Assembly (NCBI RefSeq): GCF_009914755.1
Contig: NC_060925.1
From: the human T2T-CHM13v2.0 reference genome, Homo sapiens
Direction: 5' to 3' (one strand)
DNA: 64,000 nt
Positions 11,578-23,310 of this stretch are shown here, piece by piece. The notes under the pieces are model-generated. The model was not told where the DNA came from, made no database searches, and saw only the letters and a list, made by a program, of their open reading frames with translations. Position 1 is the stretch's first letter. Every line of letters begins with the position of its first letter. The translations under genes and the position numbers were made by a program.

Positions 11578-13983
11578 CAGGCATGCCTTGGAGGTATTTT
11601 GAGTTCAGTTCTAGACCACTGCAAGAAAGTTAATATTACAATAAAATGAGTCACACGATTCTTTTGGCTTCCTAGTGCATATAAAAGTTATATTTATATT
11701 ATGTTGTAGTCTACCATGTGTGCAATAGCATTATGTCTAAAGAAAACAATGTACGTACCTTAATTAAAAAATTCTTTGTTGCTAAAATATGCTAAACATC
11801 ATTGGAGCCTTCAGAGAGTCATAATCTTTTTGTTGGTGGAGGGTCTTACCTTGATGTTGATGGCTACTGACTGATCATGGTGGTGATTGCTAAAGGTTGG
11901 GGTGGCTGTGGCAATTTCTTAAAGTAAGACAACAATGAAATTTGCCACATCAATTGACTTCTCCTTTCATAAAATATTTCTCTGTCATGTACAATATTGT
12001 TTAGTATCATTTTACCCACAGTAGAACTTCTTTCAAAATTGAAGTTAGTGCTAGTGCTCTCAAACTCTGACACTGTTGCATCGACTAAGTTTATATAATA
12101 TTCTAAATCCTTTGTTGTCATTTTAACAATGTTTTACTGGAGTTCTTCTTTACCGGGAGTAGATTTCATCTCAAGAAACAACTTTCTCTGCTCATCTGTA
12201 AGAAGCAAATTCTCATCTTGTTCAAGTTTTATCAGGAGATTGCAGCAATCCAGTCACATCTTGAGGCTCCACTTATAATTTTATTTCTCGATATTTCTAC
12301 CACATCTGCAGTTACTTCCTCCACTAAAGTCTTAATCCTCTTAAAGTCATCCATGAGGGTTGGAATCTACTACCAAACTCCTGTTAATGTTGATAATTTG
12401 ACCTCCTCCCATGAATCATGAATGTTCTTAATGGCACCTAGAATGGGGAAGCCTTTCCAGAAGATTTTCAATTTACTGGGCCCAGATTCATCAGAGAAAT
12501 CATAATCTATGGCAGGTATAGCTCCATAAAATATATTTCTTAAATAATAAGATTTGCAAGTCAAAATTACTCCTTGATTCATGGGCTGCAGACTTGATAT
12601 ATTAGCAGGCATGAAAACAACATTAATTTCCTTGTACATCTCCATTCGAGCTCTTGGATAACGGTGCATTGTCAGTGACCAGTAATATTTTGAAAGGGAC
12701 TTTTTTTCTGAGCAGTAGTTCTTAACAGTGGGCTTAAAATATTCAGTAAATCATAATGTAAACAGATGTGCTGTCATCCAGGCTTTGCTATTCCATGTAT
12801 ACAGCACAGGTAGAGTAGATTTAGCAGGATTATTGAGGGTCCTCGATTTTGGAATGGTAGCTGAAAATTGGCTTTCACTTAGAGTCACCAGGTGCACTAG
12901 CTTCTACACTGAGAGTCAGCCTCTCCTTTAAAGATTGGAAGTCAGGCATTGACTTCTCTGTAGCTATGAAAGACCTCGATGGCATCTTCCACCAATATAA
13001 GGTTGTTTTGTCTACATTAAATTTTTTTTTTGTTTAGTGTAGCCACCATCATAAAATTATCCTTGCTAGATCTTCTGGATAAATTGATGCAGCTTCTACA
13101 TCAGCACTTGCAGCTTCACTTTGCACATGTAATAGAGACAGTTTCTTCCCTTAAACCTCATGAACAAAACCTCAAATAGCTTCAAACTTTTCTTCTGCAG
13201 TTTGCTTACTGCTTCATAGAATTGAGGAAAATTAGAGCGTTGTTCTGGATTAGTGTTTGGTTTAAAGGAATATTGTGGCTGGTTTGATATTCTATCCAGA
13301 CCACTAAACCTTTCTCCATATCAGCAATAAGGCTGTTTCACTTTCTTATCATTTGTGTGTTCCCTGGAGTAGAACTTTTGATTTCTTTCAAGACGTTTCC
13401 TTTTTATTCACAACTTGGCTAAGTATTTGATGCAAGAGGCCAAGTCCTTGATCTATCTTGGCTTTCAACATGCCTTCTGTACTAAGCTTAATCATTTTAA
13501 AAGTTCAACTTAAGCTTTTGATTTAAAGTGAAAGACATGAGACTTTTCCTTTTATTTGAACACTTAGAGGTCTTGCACAGTTGTTAATTGGCCTAATTTC
13601 AATGCTGTTGTGTTTCAGGGAAAAGGGAGACCTGAGTAGAGGAAGAGAAATAGGGGAACGGATGGTTGCTGGAACCACAGAACACACACAACATTTACTG
13701 ATTAAATTTGCCACCTTATATGGGAGTGGTTTATAGCACCCTCAAAAAATAACAATATTAACATTAAAGACCACTGATTACAGTTCACCATAACAGCTAT
13801 AATAATAATGAAAAAGCTTAAAATGTTGCAAGAATTACTAAAATGTGACACAGAGACATGAAGTGAGCACATACTGCTGAAAAAATGCCACCAATAGACT
13901 TGCTCAACACGGGGTTGGCACAAACCTTCAATTTGTGCAAAAAAGCACAATAAAGTGAAGTGCAGTAAAATCAGGCATGCCTG
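11578..13983 (-). mobile_element. Tigger1 DNA transposon, full length (2406 bp), decayed
   Basis: TA TSD at 11576-77 and 13984-85; TIR caggcatgcct at both ends. Minus-strand TIGD1-like transposase fragments (VVFMPANISSLQPMNQGVILTCKSYYLRN; [14 protein letters not shown]...[10 protein letters not shown]). Confidence 0.95.
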
Positions 13984-14507
13984 TATTTTAAAAAGTCTCT
14001 GTAAGTGTTTATGGTGAAGCCAATGTTTTGTCAGCTTCTTTCTGGTTTTGGATGTGAGGAGGTGGCATGAAGGGAAATACCAGCAGATGGATCTAATATT
14101 TAGGAGTAAAGACGGAAGAGAACAAAGGGTAGATATTATAGGTAGTATGTACAGGAGGCATATAATTTCATGGTTTTCTCATCTCCCTCATGTGACTCCA
14201 GTTCTGCAGCAGTTATAGAAATTGCCATTGCAATGCCAGCCAGACTGCAATGGGAGGCCATTTGGATAATGAGGGGGAAGTTCACTATCCAGTCCAGGCA
14301 CTCTAGATGAGCACCTGCCTTTTAATTTTAGTGGCTGGGTCACTCAGTGAATTTCATTAACTTTAAATGGGAATATTTTGCTTTCTTTTTCTGTCCAGAT
14401 TTGATAATTACATCTCATGTAGATATGAAATAGCCAGGGTATGCTTTTGACTTCAGTATGTTTATTATTTTTTACCTGGCTGGTTGCAAAAAACCTTTTA
14501 TGCTAAC

Positions 14508-14907
14508 TTTCACTCACGTCCCGGTGAAGAGACCACCAAACAGGCTTTGTGTGAGCAATAAAGCTTTTTAATCACCTGGGTGCAGGTGGGCTGAGTCCGA
14601 AAAGAGAGTCAGCGAAGGGAGATAGGGGTGGGGCTGTTTTATAAGATTTGGGTAGGTAAAGGAAAAAGGGGGGTTCTCTGGTGGACAGGGGTGGGGGTCA
14701 CAAGGTGCTCAGCAGAGGAGCTTTTGAGACAGGATGAGCCAGGAGAAGGAATTTCACAAGGTAATGTTATTGGTTAAGGCAGGAACAGGCCATTTTCACT
14801 TCTTTTGTGGTAGAATGTCATCAGTTAAGGCAGGAACCAGCCATCTGGTTGTGTATGTGCAGGTCACAGGGGATATGATGGCTTAGCTTGGGCTCAGAGG
14901 CCTGATA
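14508..14907 (-). repeat. HERV-H 3' LTR (LTR7 family), 400 bp
   Basis: Minus strand runs TATCAGGCCTCTGAGCCCAAGCTAAGCC...GTGAGTGAAA; ATTAAA poly(A) signal at 14567-72. Confidence 0.95.
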
Positions 14908-14920
14908 TTCCTGTCTTCTT
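14908..14920 (-). other. Retroviral polypurine tract
   Basis: Minus strand AAGAAGACAGGAA immediately before the 3' LTR. Confidence 0.85.
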
Positions 14921-15068
14921 ATATTAATAAGAAAAATAAAACAAAATAGTGGTAAAGTGTTGGGGCGGCAAACATTTTTGGGGGTGGTATGGAGAGATAA
15001 TGGGCGATGTTTCTCAGGGCTGCTTCCAGCGGGACTAGGGGCAGCGTGGGAACCTAGAGTGGGAGAGA

Positions 15069-16807
15069 TTAAGCTGAAGGAAGATTTTGTGGTAAGGGGT
15101 GATATTGTGGGGTTGTTAGAGGAAACATTTATCATGTAGAATTATAGGTGATGGCCTGGATAGGGTTTTGTATGAATTGAAATACTAAATTGAATAAGAG
15201 AAGAGAAAAACAAGTATTAAAGGACTAAGAATTGGGAGGACCAAGGACATCTAATTAGAGAGTGCCTAAGGGGGTTCAGCGTAGTTACTTGCTTGGTTGG
15301 CAAGTTTTTGGGCTCTATCCTTGAGTTTTTTTATGTTGTCATACACCAGACCAGATTGATTTAGGTAAAAACTATACTCTTCATTTAAGAATATACAGAG
15401 TCCTCCTTTTTCAGCAGTAAGTAAGTCAAGGCCTCAGCGGTTTTGGAGGACAACTGCAGCTAAAGAGTCAACTTGGGCCTGGAGGACTGATAAAGTTTGT
15501 GATATGTCTGTGATGCTAGCAGAGAAGTCATTAGACAGGCTACGGAAGGTCGTGACAGAGGTTAAAATGCCTCCTATTCCAGTACCGAGAGCAATAATGG
15601 AGGCAGAAAGTCCTAAACCGACAAGCAAGGGAATTAGTGGAATAACTCTTTTTTGTCATGTCAGTGTCATGAGGGGAACAGGGAGCTCTTCGGTCCCACT
15701 TGCAAATTGAATTTTAGGAGTAATGAAAACTAGTGTGCATGTGCCTGTCCAATTAGCAGATAGATACATGTAGGTAGAGGATCCACAGAGGAAGAAGAGA
15801 CCTTGTGCGAGGCAAAACTTGAGATGCAAAGTAAAAAGATGAGAAGGAGTGCTGAAAGGGGTGTCTTGTACCCAGACTCCTAGGGATCCAGCTAGGGCGG
15901 CAGCCATCAGAGGTTGTAATGGGGACTGATGAGGTAACTGCATAGAGGGGGAGGCTCGATTTTCATGGTATATGAGAAAATGTCGAGTGTCTATGAGCAA
16001 CCTTTCACTGTTATTTTTAGGGCTGGGTATAAGTAAACAAGAAGAGGTCTGGGAGGAGAGTCTGATGAGCAAGGGGAAGGTAGCCAAGGATGGCATGGAA
16101 TACAGGGTAAGTGTCTTCCTAAGCAATAATTACTGCTAATGTTTTTATGTTTGCCAGTATTGATAGAGGGCTTGTCTGTAATACGGAGCTGGAAGGCTCC
16201 AATTGTTTCAGTGATGTGTGTAGTTGGGCTTTGGAGATGAGGAGTAAAGGAACATTGAGAAGGTGAAAGATTACCTAGGGGAATTCCAGTGGGTCTTTGC
16301 TGAGAGATACATAAAGCAGCAGCCACAGGAATAGCAGTTTGTGTTGTGAGAGGTCCAAATATGGGGGGTAGTAGAGTTGATATAAGGAGAAAGGTTTTTT
16401 CAGTAAGTGTGGAGGAGGGTGGCAGCGTGCTGATGTGACATGTCTGGGGAGGTCTTGCTGGACCTGTCTAGAAAGTAAATGAGTTCTTCAGGAGGGTAAA
16501 GGTGAGGGCTGTTAAAGGAAGTTTGGAGGTGTAGGGAGACAGGAGATGTTGCCCAGTCTGCATGTAAGGTGGGGACAGCTGTGTAGGCACTGGAAGAAAG
16601 GGAAATGCAAAGCCAGTGGTTGTTCGCTAAGGAGGGATTAGAAATGTCTAGCAGAGAATGAGTAAGGTTGATAGTGTGGTGGAGATAGCTGGGGAGAGGT
16701 AGAGGGTGGCATAAGAATGGGAATGAGAATAAGACTGAGTGTAAAAGTAAAGAATAGAACTTCATCAGGGCGAAAGTATTGAAAGGTCCCCTGCCAGCAA
16801 AGATCAT
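15069..16807 (-). pseudogene. env: HERV-H env, essentially full length but inactivated
   Basis: Begins MIFAGRGPFNTFALMKFYSLLL and ends PQYHPLPQNLPSA*. The SU/TM boundary reads *QKR/VIPLIP and the ISU reads LQNR*GLDLLTAEKGGLC. Multiple stops and frameshifts. Confidence 0.92.
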
Positions 16808-16831
16808 CTATCCACTCTAAGAGGCAGTTAA

Positions 16832-18140
16832 GAGTTGCCAGTCCTGGGAAGGGGCAATCCCCGAGCTTGATGTGTAGGGAAGGGAGGGGGCCTGAATAAT
16901 CCCTGAGGAGTAGTAGAATAGCAGATGGAACACTGAGAAGTGATTTCCTTGAGGATAGATTTCCACGATGGAAAGGAAATGAGAGGTTCTAAGAGGTGGG
17001 CTGGTGGCTTGTACTGCAGCATAGCCTGCCTTTGCTGGTGTGTGGTGATTAGGCCTGGTGGAACTGCCATCAATAAACTAAATGTGATCAAGGTGAGGAA
17101 CAGGGAAGAAGGAAATATGGGGAAATGGGGTGAATGTCAGGTGGATCAGAGAGATACAGTCATGAGGGTCAGGTGTGGTATCCGGAATAATGTGGGAGGC
17201 CAGATTGAAGTCCGGGCCAGGAACAATGGTAATTGTGGGAGACTCAACAAACAGTGAGTATAGCTGGAGAAGCTGAGAGGCAGAAAGTATATGCATCAGG
17301 TATGAGGAAGAAAATTGATTTTGCAAGTTATGAGAACTGTAAAGAGTGAGTTGAGCATAGTCTGTGATTTTGAGGGCCTCTAAAAGTATTAAGGCAGCGG
17401 CAGCCACCGCACACAGACAAGAGGGCTAGGCTGAAACAGTAAGGTCAAGTTGTTTGGACAGAAAGGCTACAGGGCATCATCCTGGCTCTTATGTAAGAAT
17501 TCTGACCGCACTAACCATGCCTAGGAAGGAAAGGAGTTGTTGTTTTGTAGAAGGGATTGGGGTTTGGGAGATTAGTCAGACACGATCAGCAGGGAGAGCA
17601 CGTGTGAGAATTATGCTGAGATAGGTAACAGATGAGGAAGAAATCTGGGCTTGACTGAAGTAATGGGAGCTGTCTGTGAAGCCTTGCAGCAGTACTGCTC
17701 AGGTAATTTGCTGAGCCTCATGGTGTCAGGGTCAGTCCAAGTGAAAGTGAAGAGAGGCTGGGATGAAGGGTGCAAAGGAATAGTAAAGAAAGCATGTTTG
17801 AGATCCAGAACACAATAATGGGTTGTAGAGGGAGGTATTGAGGATGGGAAAGAATATGGGTTTGGAACCACAGGGTGGATAGGCAAAACAATTTGGTTGA
17901 TAAGGCGCAGATCCTGAACCAACCTGTAAGGCTTGTCTGGTTTTAGGACAGGTAAAACGGGGGAATTGTAAGGAGCGTTTATAGGCTTTAAAAGGCCTTG
18001 CTGTAGCAGGCGAGTGATAACAGGCCTTAATCCTTTTAAAGTGTGCTGTGGGATGGGATATTGGCATTGAGCTGGGTGAGGGTGATTAGGTTTTAATGAG
18101 ATGATAAGAGGTGCATGATCGGTTGCCAAGGAGGGAGTAG
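16832..18140 (-). pseudogene. pol: HERV-H pol remnant (partial RT, connection region, integrase zinc finger), internally deleted
   Basis: YNSPVLPVLKPDKPYRLVQDLRLIN...VLDLKHAFFTIPL...FTWTDPD. YFSQA is joined directly to QISSSSVTYL, so there is no YxDD. The integrase ends after CSICYSTTPQG...PTHQARG. Confidence 0.9.
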
Positions 18141-18520
18141 AGGTGTCCTATACTTGTGGGCTAAGGTGGGGAGATACAAGGGGTGGTTGTGAAGGAGGCT
18201 TTGAACTGGGGGAAAAGGTGGCAATGAGGTGTGGCTGTAGCCCAGGAATAGTCAGGGAAGTAGATAATTTAGTTAAAATATCTCAGCCTGATAAGAGAAC
18301 TGGGTAGGTGGGGATAGCTAAAAGGAATGCTTAAAAGAGTATTGCCTAAGTTGGCACCAGAGTTGGGGAGTTTTAAGGGGTTTAGAAGCCTGGTCGTCAA
18401 TACCCACAACAGTTACGGAGGCAAGGGAAACAGGCCCTTGAAAAGAAGGTAATGTGGAATGGGTAGCCTCCATATTGATTAAGAAGGGGATGGATTTACC
18501 CTCCACTGTGAGAGTTACCC
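18140..18520 (-). pseudogene. pro: HERV-H protease remnant
   Basis: VEGKSIPFLINMEATHSTLP...VVGIDDQASKP; the D(T/S)GA active site has decayed to NMEA. Confidence 0.85.
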
Positions 18521-18574
18521 AAAGATCGGCATCCGTGATAGGCTAGGGGGCTTCCAAAGCGATCGGGCAGCATC

Positions 18575-19800
18575 AGTCTTCAAGTGCTAAGCCGAGAAGA
18601 TGTGGGAAGGAGTCAGAGAGCCATGGGCCAGGGTTCCAGGGGCTCTGGGAGTGGCTGCCAGGTGAGTTGAACAGTCCGATTTTCAGTGGGGTCCCGCACA
18701 GATGGGACATGGCTTAGGAGGAATCCGGGGCTGTGGGCATTCCTTGGTCCAGTGTCCAGATTTCCGGCACTTGTAGCAAGCTCCTGGGGGAGGTGGGCCT
18801 GGAGGAACCCCTGGCAGCTGCGGTTCAGTGTTTGGAGTTCTTGTGTGCTGGAGATATGGCTAGGGTTTGTCTCACAGTGGAGGCAAGGAATTGCAACTCA
18901 GAAATAAATTGCTACTTGGCTGCCTCCACTTTATTATTGTACACCTTGAAGGTGAGGTTAATTAAATCCTGTTGTGGGGTTTGAGGGCTGGAATTTAATT
19001 TTTGGAGTTTTATTTAATGTCGGGAGTGGATTGGGTAATAAAATGTATATTGAGAATAAGACGGCCTTTTGACCTTTTAGGGTCTAGGGCTGTAAAGCTT
19101 CTCAGGGTTGCTGCCAAATGAGCCATGAACTGGGCTGGGTTTTTATATTTGATGAAAGAGGCTAAACGCTAACTGATTTAAGAGAGGTTGGATAAAGAAA
19201 AAAGAGCATTAACCTTGACTATGCCTTTATCTCCAGCCACATTTTTAAGAGGAAATTGCTGGGCAGGTGGGGGAAGGCTAGTCTTGGAACGAAACTGTAA
19301 GCTGGACCGGGTGTGAGGAGGGGAGGTGATAAAAGGATTATAGGGTAGAGGAGCGGAGGCTGAGGAAGAATTGGGACTTAGCTCGGCCTGGCGAGGAGCA
19401 GCCTGGGTAGGAGGGGAGAGGTCAGATGGGTCTGTAGAAAAGGAAGATTGGAAAGAGGAAAGACTCAGCGATGCTTGGGGTTGGGACTGAGGGGACAGGC
19501 AGGAGGGAAAGAAGGAAGATTTGGGACAAGTTGCTTTGGGAACAGAGACTAGGGTGGGACCAATGTGTAAAAGAATGCCTGGATGTCAGGCACCTCAGAC
19601 CGTTTGCCTATTTTATGACAAGAATTATTTAGATCTTGTAGGATGGAACAATCAAAAGTGCTGTTTTCTGGCTATTTGGAACTACTGTCAAGTTTGTATT
19701 GGGGTCAGGTGGCATTGCACAAGAAAATAAGGCATTTAGGTTTTAGGTCAGGTGTGAGTTGAAGAGGTTTTAAGTCTTTGAGAACACAAGCTAAGGGAGA
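18575..19800 (-). pseudogene. gag: HERV-H gag remnant
   Basis: Zinc knuckles CYKCRKSGHWTKEC and CPICAGPH*KSDC read on the minus strand near 18670-18780. Boundaries approximate. Confidence 0.8.
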
Positions 19801-20220
19801 AGGAGAAATGGAGGGTGGAAGGTTGCCTATAGTGAAGGAGGCAAGTCCAGAGAAAAGAGAGGGTAGAGACATGGAGAGAAGGGGTGGGGGGTGCTTGCCC
19901 CCCAGGAAAGTGGTACTGGCTGCTAAGGGTGAAGGATCAAGGCAGGCATTCCTGTGTGGTCAGATACCTCTGAAATGTGGGTGAATAATCAGGCAGGCAT
20001 CCCTGCGCAACTAAACACCAAGGGAAGACTATCTTCCCAAGTCTGTGACTGGCGCCGGAGTTTTGGGTTCATGGATAAAACGCATCTCCTTTGTCTCTAC
20101 CAGAAAAGGAAAGGAACTGAAATTAAGAGAAGGGAGAGATTGAAGTGTGGCACCAAGACTGAAAGGAGAAAGAGGTTGAGGGATAGTGAAAGAGGTTGGA
20201 GAAGAGAATAAAGAGGGGCC

Positions 20221-20230
20221 GCTTACCGGA
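20221..20230 (-). promoter_or_regulatory. HERV-H major splice donor
   Basis: Minus strand TCCG|GTAAGC, about 150 nt downstream of the 5' LTR. Confidence 0.75.
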
Positions 20231-20351
20231 TTTAAAATTGGTGAGACGTTCCTTGGGCTGGTCGGTCTGAGGACCAGAGGTCATAGGTGGATCTTTCTCA
20301 TGGAGCAAAGAGCAGAATGACAGGGGATTGATCTCCCAAGGAGGTCCCCTG

Positions 20352-20369
20352 ATCTGAGTCACCGCACCA
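20352..20369 (-). other. Primer binding site (tRNA-His type)
   Basis: TGGTGCGGTGACTCAGAT directly after the 5' LTR; 2 mismatches to the recalled HERV-H PBS TGGTGCCGTGACTCGGAT. Confidence 0.9.
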
Positions 20370-20372
20370 AAA

Positions 20373-20724
20373 TTTCACTCGCGTCCTTGTGAAGAGACCA
20401 CCAAACAGGCTTTGTGTGAGCAATAGAGCTTTTTAATCACCTGGGTGCAGGCCGGCTGAGTCCGAAAAGAGAGTCAGCGAAGGGAGATAGGGGTGGGGCC
20501 ATTTTATAAGATTTGGGTAGATAAAGGAAAAAGGGGGGTTGTTCTCTGGTGGGCAGGGGCGGGGGTCACAAGGTGCTCAGCAGGGGAGCTTTTGAGCCAG
20601 GATGAGCCAGGAGAAGGAATTTCACAAGGTAATGTCATCAGTTAAGGCAGGAACCGGCCATCTAGATGTGTACGTGCAGGTCACAGGGGATATGATGGCT
20701 TAGCTTGGGCTCAGAGGCCTGAAA
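20373..20724 (-). promoter_or_regulatory. HERV-H 5' LTR (LTR7 family), 352 bp, promoter-bearing
   Basis: TATAAAA on the minus strand at 20502-08; GT box at 20490-98; GC box GGGGCGGGGG at 20556-65. Confidence 0.93.
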
Positions 20725-23149
20725 CTAACTTCAAGGTTAGTCATGAGATGTGGAGGATTCGATTTAATTAATGCGTTTGTTGAATATTTTACTTGAATAT
20801 ATAAAATTACTGTCACTGATCATTCACTTTTATGTCCTGGTTTAAGCACCATAAAACAAACAAACAAAAATATACTATTTATAACAGCCAACTCTAGTTA
20901 AAAATGATGCTTATGTTCATTGACCACTTACACCCTTAAATGAACACAATTCAAAGGTACCTCTTTCACCTGCAACCATTGACCATCTACTTAATTAAAT
21001 CCAGAATTTTTTAAGTTAAGGACTTTTAACTGTTTAATAATATGTAAGAACCAAGAAAGGTGATTCTGTATTGAGAAAGACTGTACATATGCATATCCCA
21101 AGAACAAATTTGCCTCTGTGTTGCCCTGTTCAGTCAATGAATATATGAGTAAGTGCTTTTGAATCTTCCACATATATCAACACCAGAAACGTGCTGTGAA
21201 GTATAGAAGGAAATGCCATGGAGTTTTCTCATCATCCATTGACTACTTGTATCCATTGAAAGGACCCCACAACTCCTACACACATCTGACACTAATCTTT
21301 AGATTATTCAGACTCTACTGACTGTGGATGCATTTTGCAAATGAAAGCTTTGAGTCTTTTGTCATTTTCTTGTTTTTAATACTTTGTTTTCTACTGTTGT
21401 TCATTACTGAGCTATTTATGTTTAAACAGATGTTTGGTCTTTTCCCACTAGGATCTCTCGTTTGGCTAATTTCACTCACTGAGGTGATTTAAATGGATTG
21501 TAATCTCCTGGGTTACCCTACATGTCTTCTATCCAGATCACTTAAGAAGGCTCTATGATGGCCCATTATTACTATGTTGATTTGTGGGAGTTTGCAAGTT
21601 TCCTGTGACAGATTGCTTTGGGGGAACTTGGGCTATTACCAAAAATAAGTAAAGGGATCTGGATATTCAATAACTTCAAAATTACTTGTATTTTTCTACA
21701 TTTCTGAGCTTTCTTTCTAAATCTCCAAACTTCACACTGCTTCTTATACAGATTTAGCTCAATGATGTACTTCTCAATTCTAAGGTAATAGCTGTAGATA
21801 ATACTCTACACAACAAGGGAGCTCCCAGCTAAGACTTTCAATGATAGTGGACATTTTTTATTGAGGGGTAACTTGTTACTGTGATGCTTTCCTTAATTTG
21901 TTGACAAGTCAACAGGATGATTTTCTGAATAAATGAACAAAGTTCACTTATAGAAAATAATCATTATCTTTGAATTAAACTTTCAGAGTTTGCAAGTCTT
22001 ATTTTCTGCTAAGAGATTTACATCGCTTAAATTCTTCTACACTGATAAATATAATCAATCAACAGAGAACATGCTCTGAGGAATTAATTGTTGTCAGTTG
22101 ATGTATTTAATGGGACATCACACTTCATTAACCTAGCTAACTCATTAAGCCTAATCAGACATGTAAAAGAAAAAGTTAATGATTGAAGTTAAAAAATAAA
22201 GCCTGAATTCTAGGAGAGTCTTCATTTGCAACACAGATCATTCAGTTTCACAGAAATGCCTTGTTTATTCCAGAAGTTTTTTTTGTCAGGTCGCATTCTG
22301 TGCCAAGGAATTATATAGAGTTTTTCTTTATTTGGGGTATGTAATGCATGAACTAGTAGAGAAGATAAAAAATAAACCACTATGTTTTATACCAATGATT
22401 TATGTTCTATATAATTCATATATTGTGCAGGTGTTTACGATTTAGCAAAGGCAATTTTAAATGTGGAAGTCCATAGAAGGTTGTACATTTCTGTGAATGC
22501 AGATATGTGGAATTACTGTGCACCTCCAAGTCAAAAGGTTTATGGAATTCCTTTTGCTTTTTCATGTTCCTTTCAGTTAATACCATTTTGGTTTCATTGC
22601 CTATTTTCCTTGACCTTTTCAGTATATTTTAACTTCAGAGAAACTGGCTGTAGCACCCCCTGTAATGACAGGGAATTGCTACCCTGCCTTAGCAGAGCCA
22701 ATTGTTTCAAACCATAGGTTTCCACTGAGGCTATGCTTTCTGTAAAACAGGGCAGGCTGGAGGTGGGACAGGAAACCAGGAGCAGAGGTTATTGATTGTT
22801 CACTTCCAATATGCCTTGCTTTCACTGCCTGTCTGCAATGCCTGTTTGTGAGAGAACAGTCTGATAGGTATTCCATATGTCTGAACTCCATTATTTCCTA
22901 ATGGGTCTTTTTATGCAGACAATTTGGGAGAAAACAATTTTGCCTCCACCAAGTTCATATGGCTCTGCTGGTGTTTTCAGTACATCATTACCTAGTTAGG
23001 AAAGCCCTGCTGTGCTGTTCTGGGAAATTGTATTTCCTGTTTTGTTTTTGTTTTTGAATCACCTGGAGAAGAAAAGCTAACTTAAAGTTCAGTCTAAGGA
23101 TATCATTGGCTATGCTCTGCTTTTTCAGGGATTCACATCAGAGACTATA

Positions 23150-23310
23150 TGAAATATCTTGAAGGAACCTTAGGGATTATCTACTCCAACAGCCTCATTA
23201 TCTAAATGGGAAAACCAAAGGCCAGGGAGGTAAAGTGGTTTGTTGAAGATCTCACAACTAAGTGGTCTAAGGTAGTAGTCTGTTATCTGATTCTTTTAGT
23301 GAGCAGCTTC
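23150..23310 (-). mobile_element. MIR fragment
   Basis: 'ggaaccttagggattatctactccaacagcctcatt...ggaaaaccaaaggccagggaggtaaagtggtttg'. Confidence 0.6.

Larger units (their letters stand above)
14508..20724 (-). mobile_element. HERV-H endogenous retrovirus provirus (LTR7-int-LTR7), 6217 bp
   Basis: Perfect 5-bp TSD CTAAC at 14503-07 and 20725-29; two LTR7-type LTRs; tRNA-His-type PBS; polypurine tract; gag, pro, pol and env remnants. Confidence 0.97.

Noticed and set aside
17611-18129. 172-aa reverse-transcriptase-like ORF as a functional or novel RT system
   Set aside because: It is a HERV-H pol fragment that is frameshifted and lacks the YxDD catalytic motif.
21899-21914. Palindrome TGTTGAC-AA-GTCAACA
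   Set aside because: 7-bp arms are expected by chance in 64 kb.
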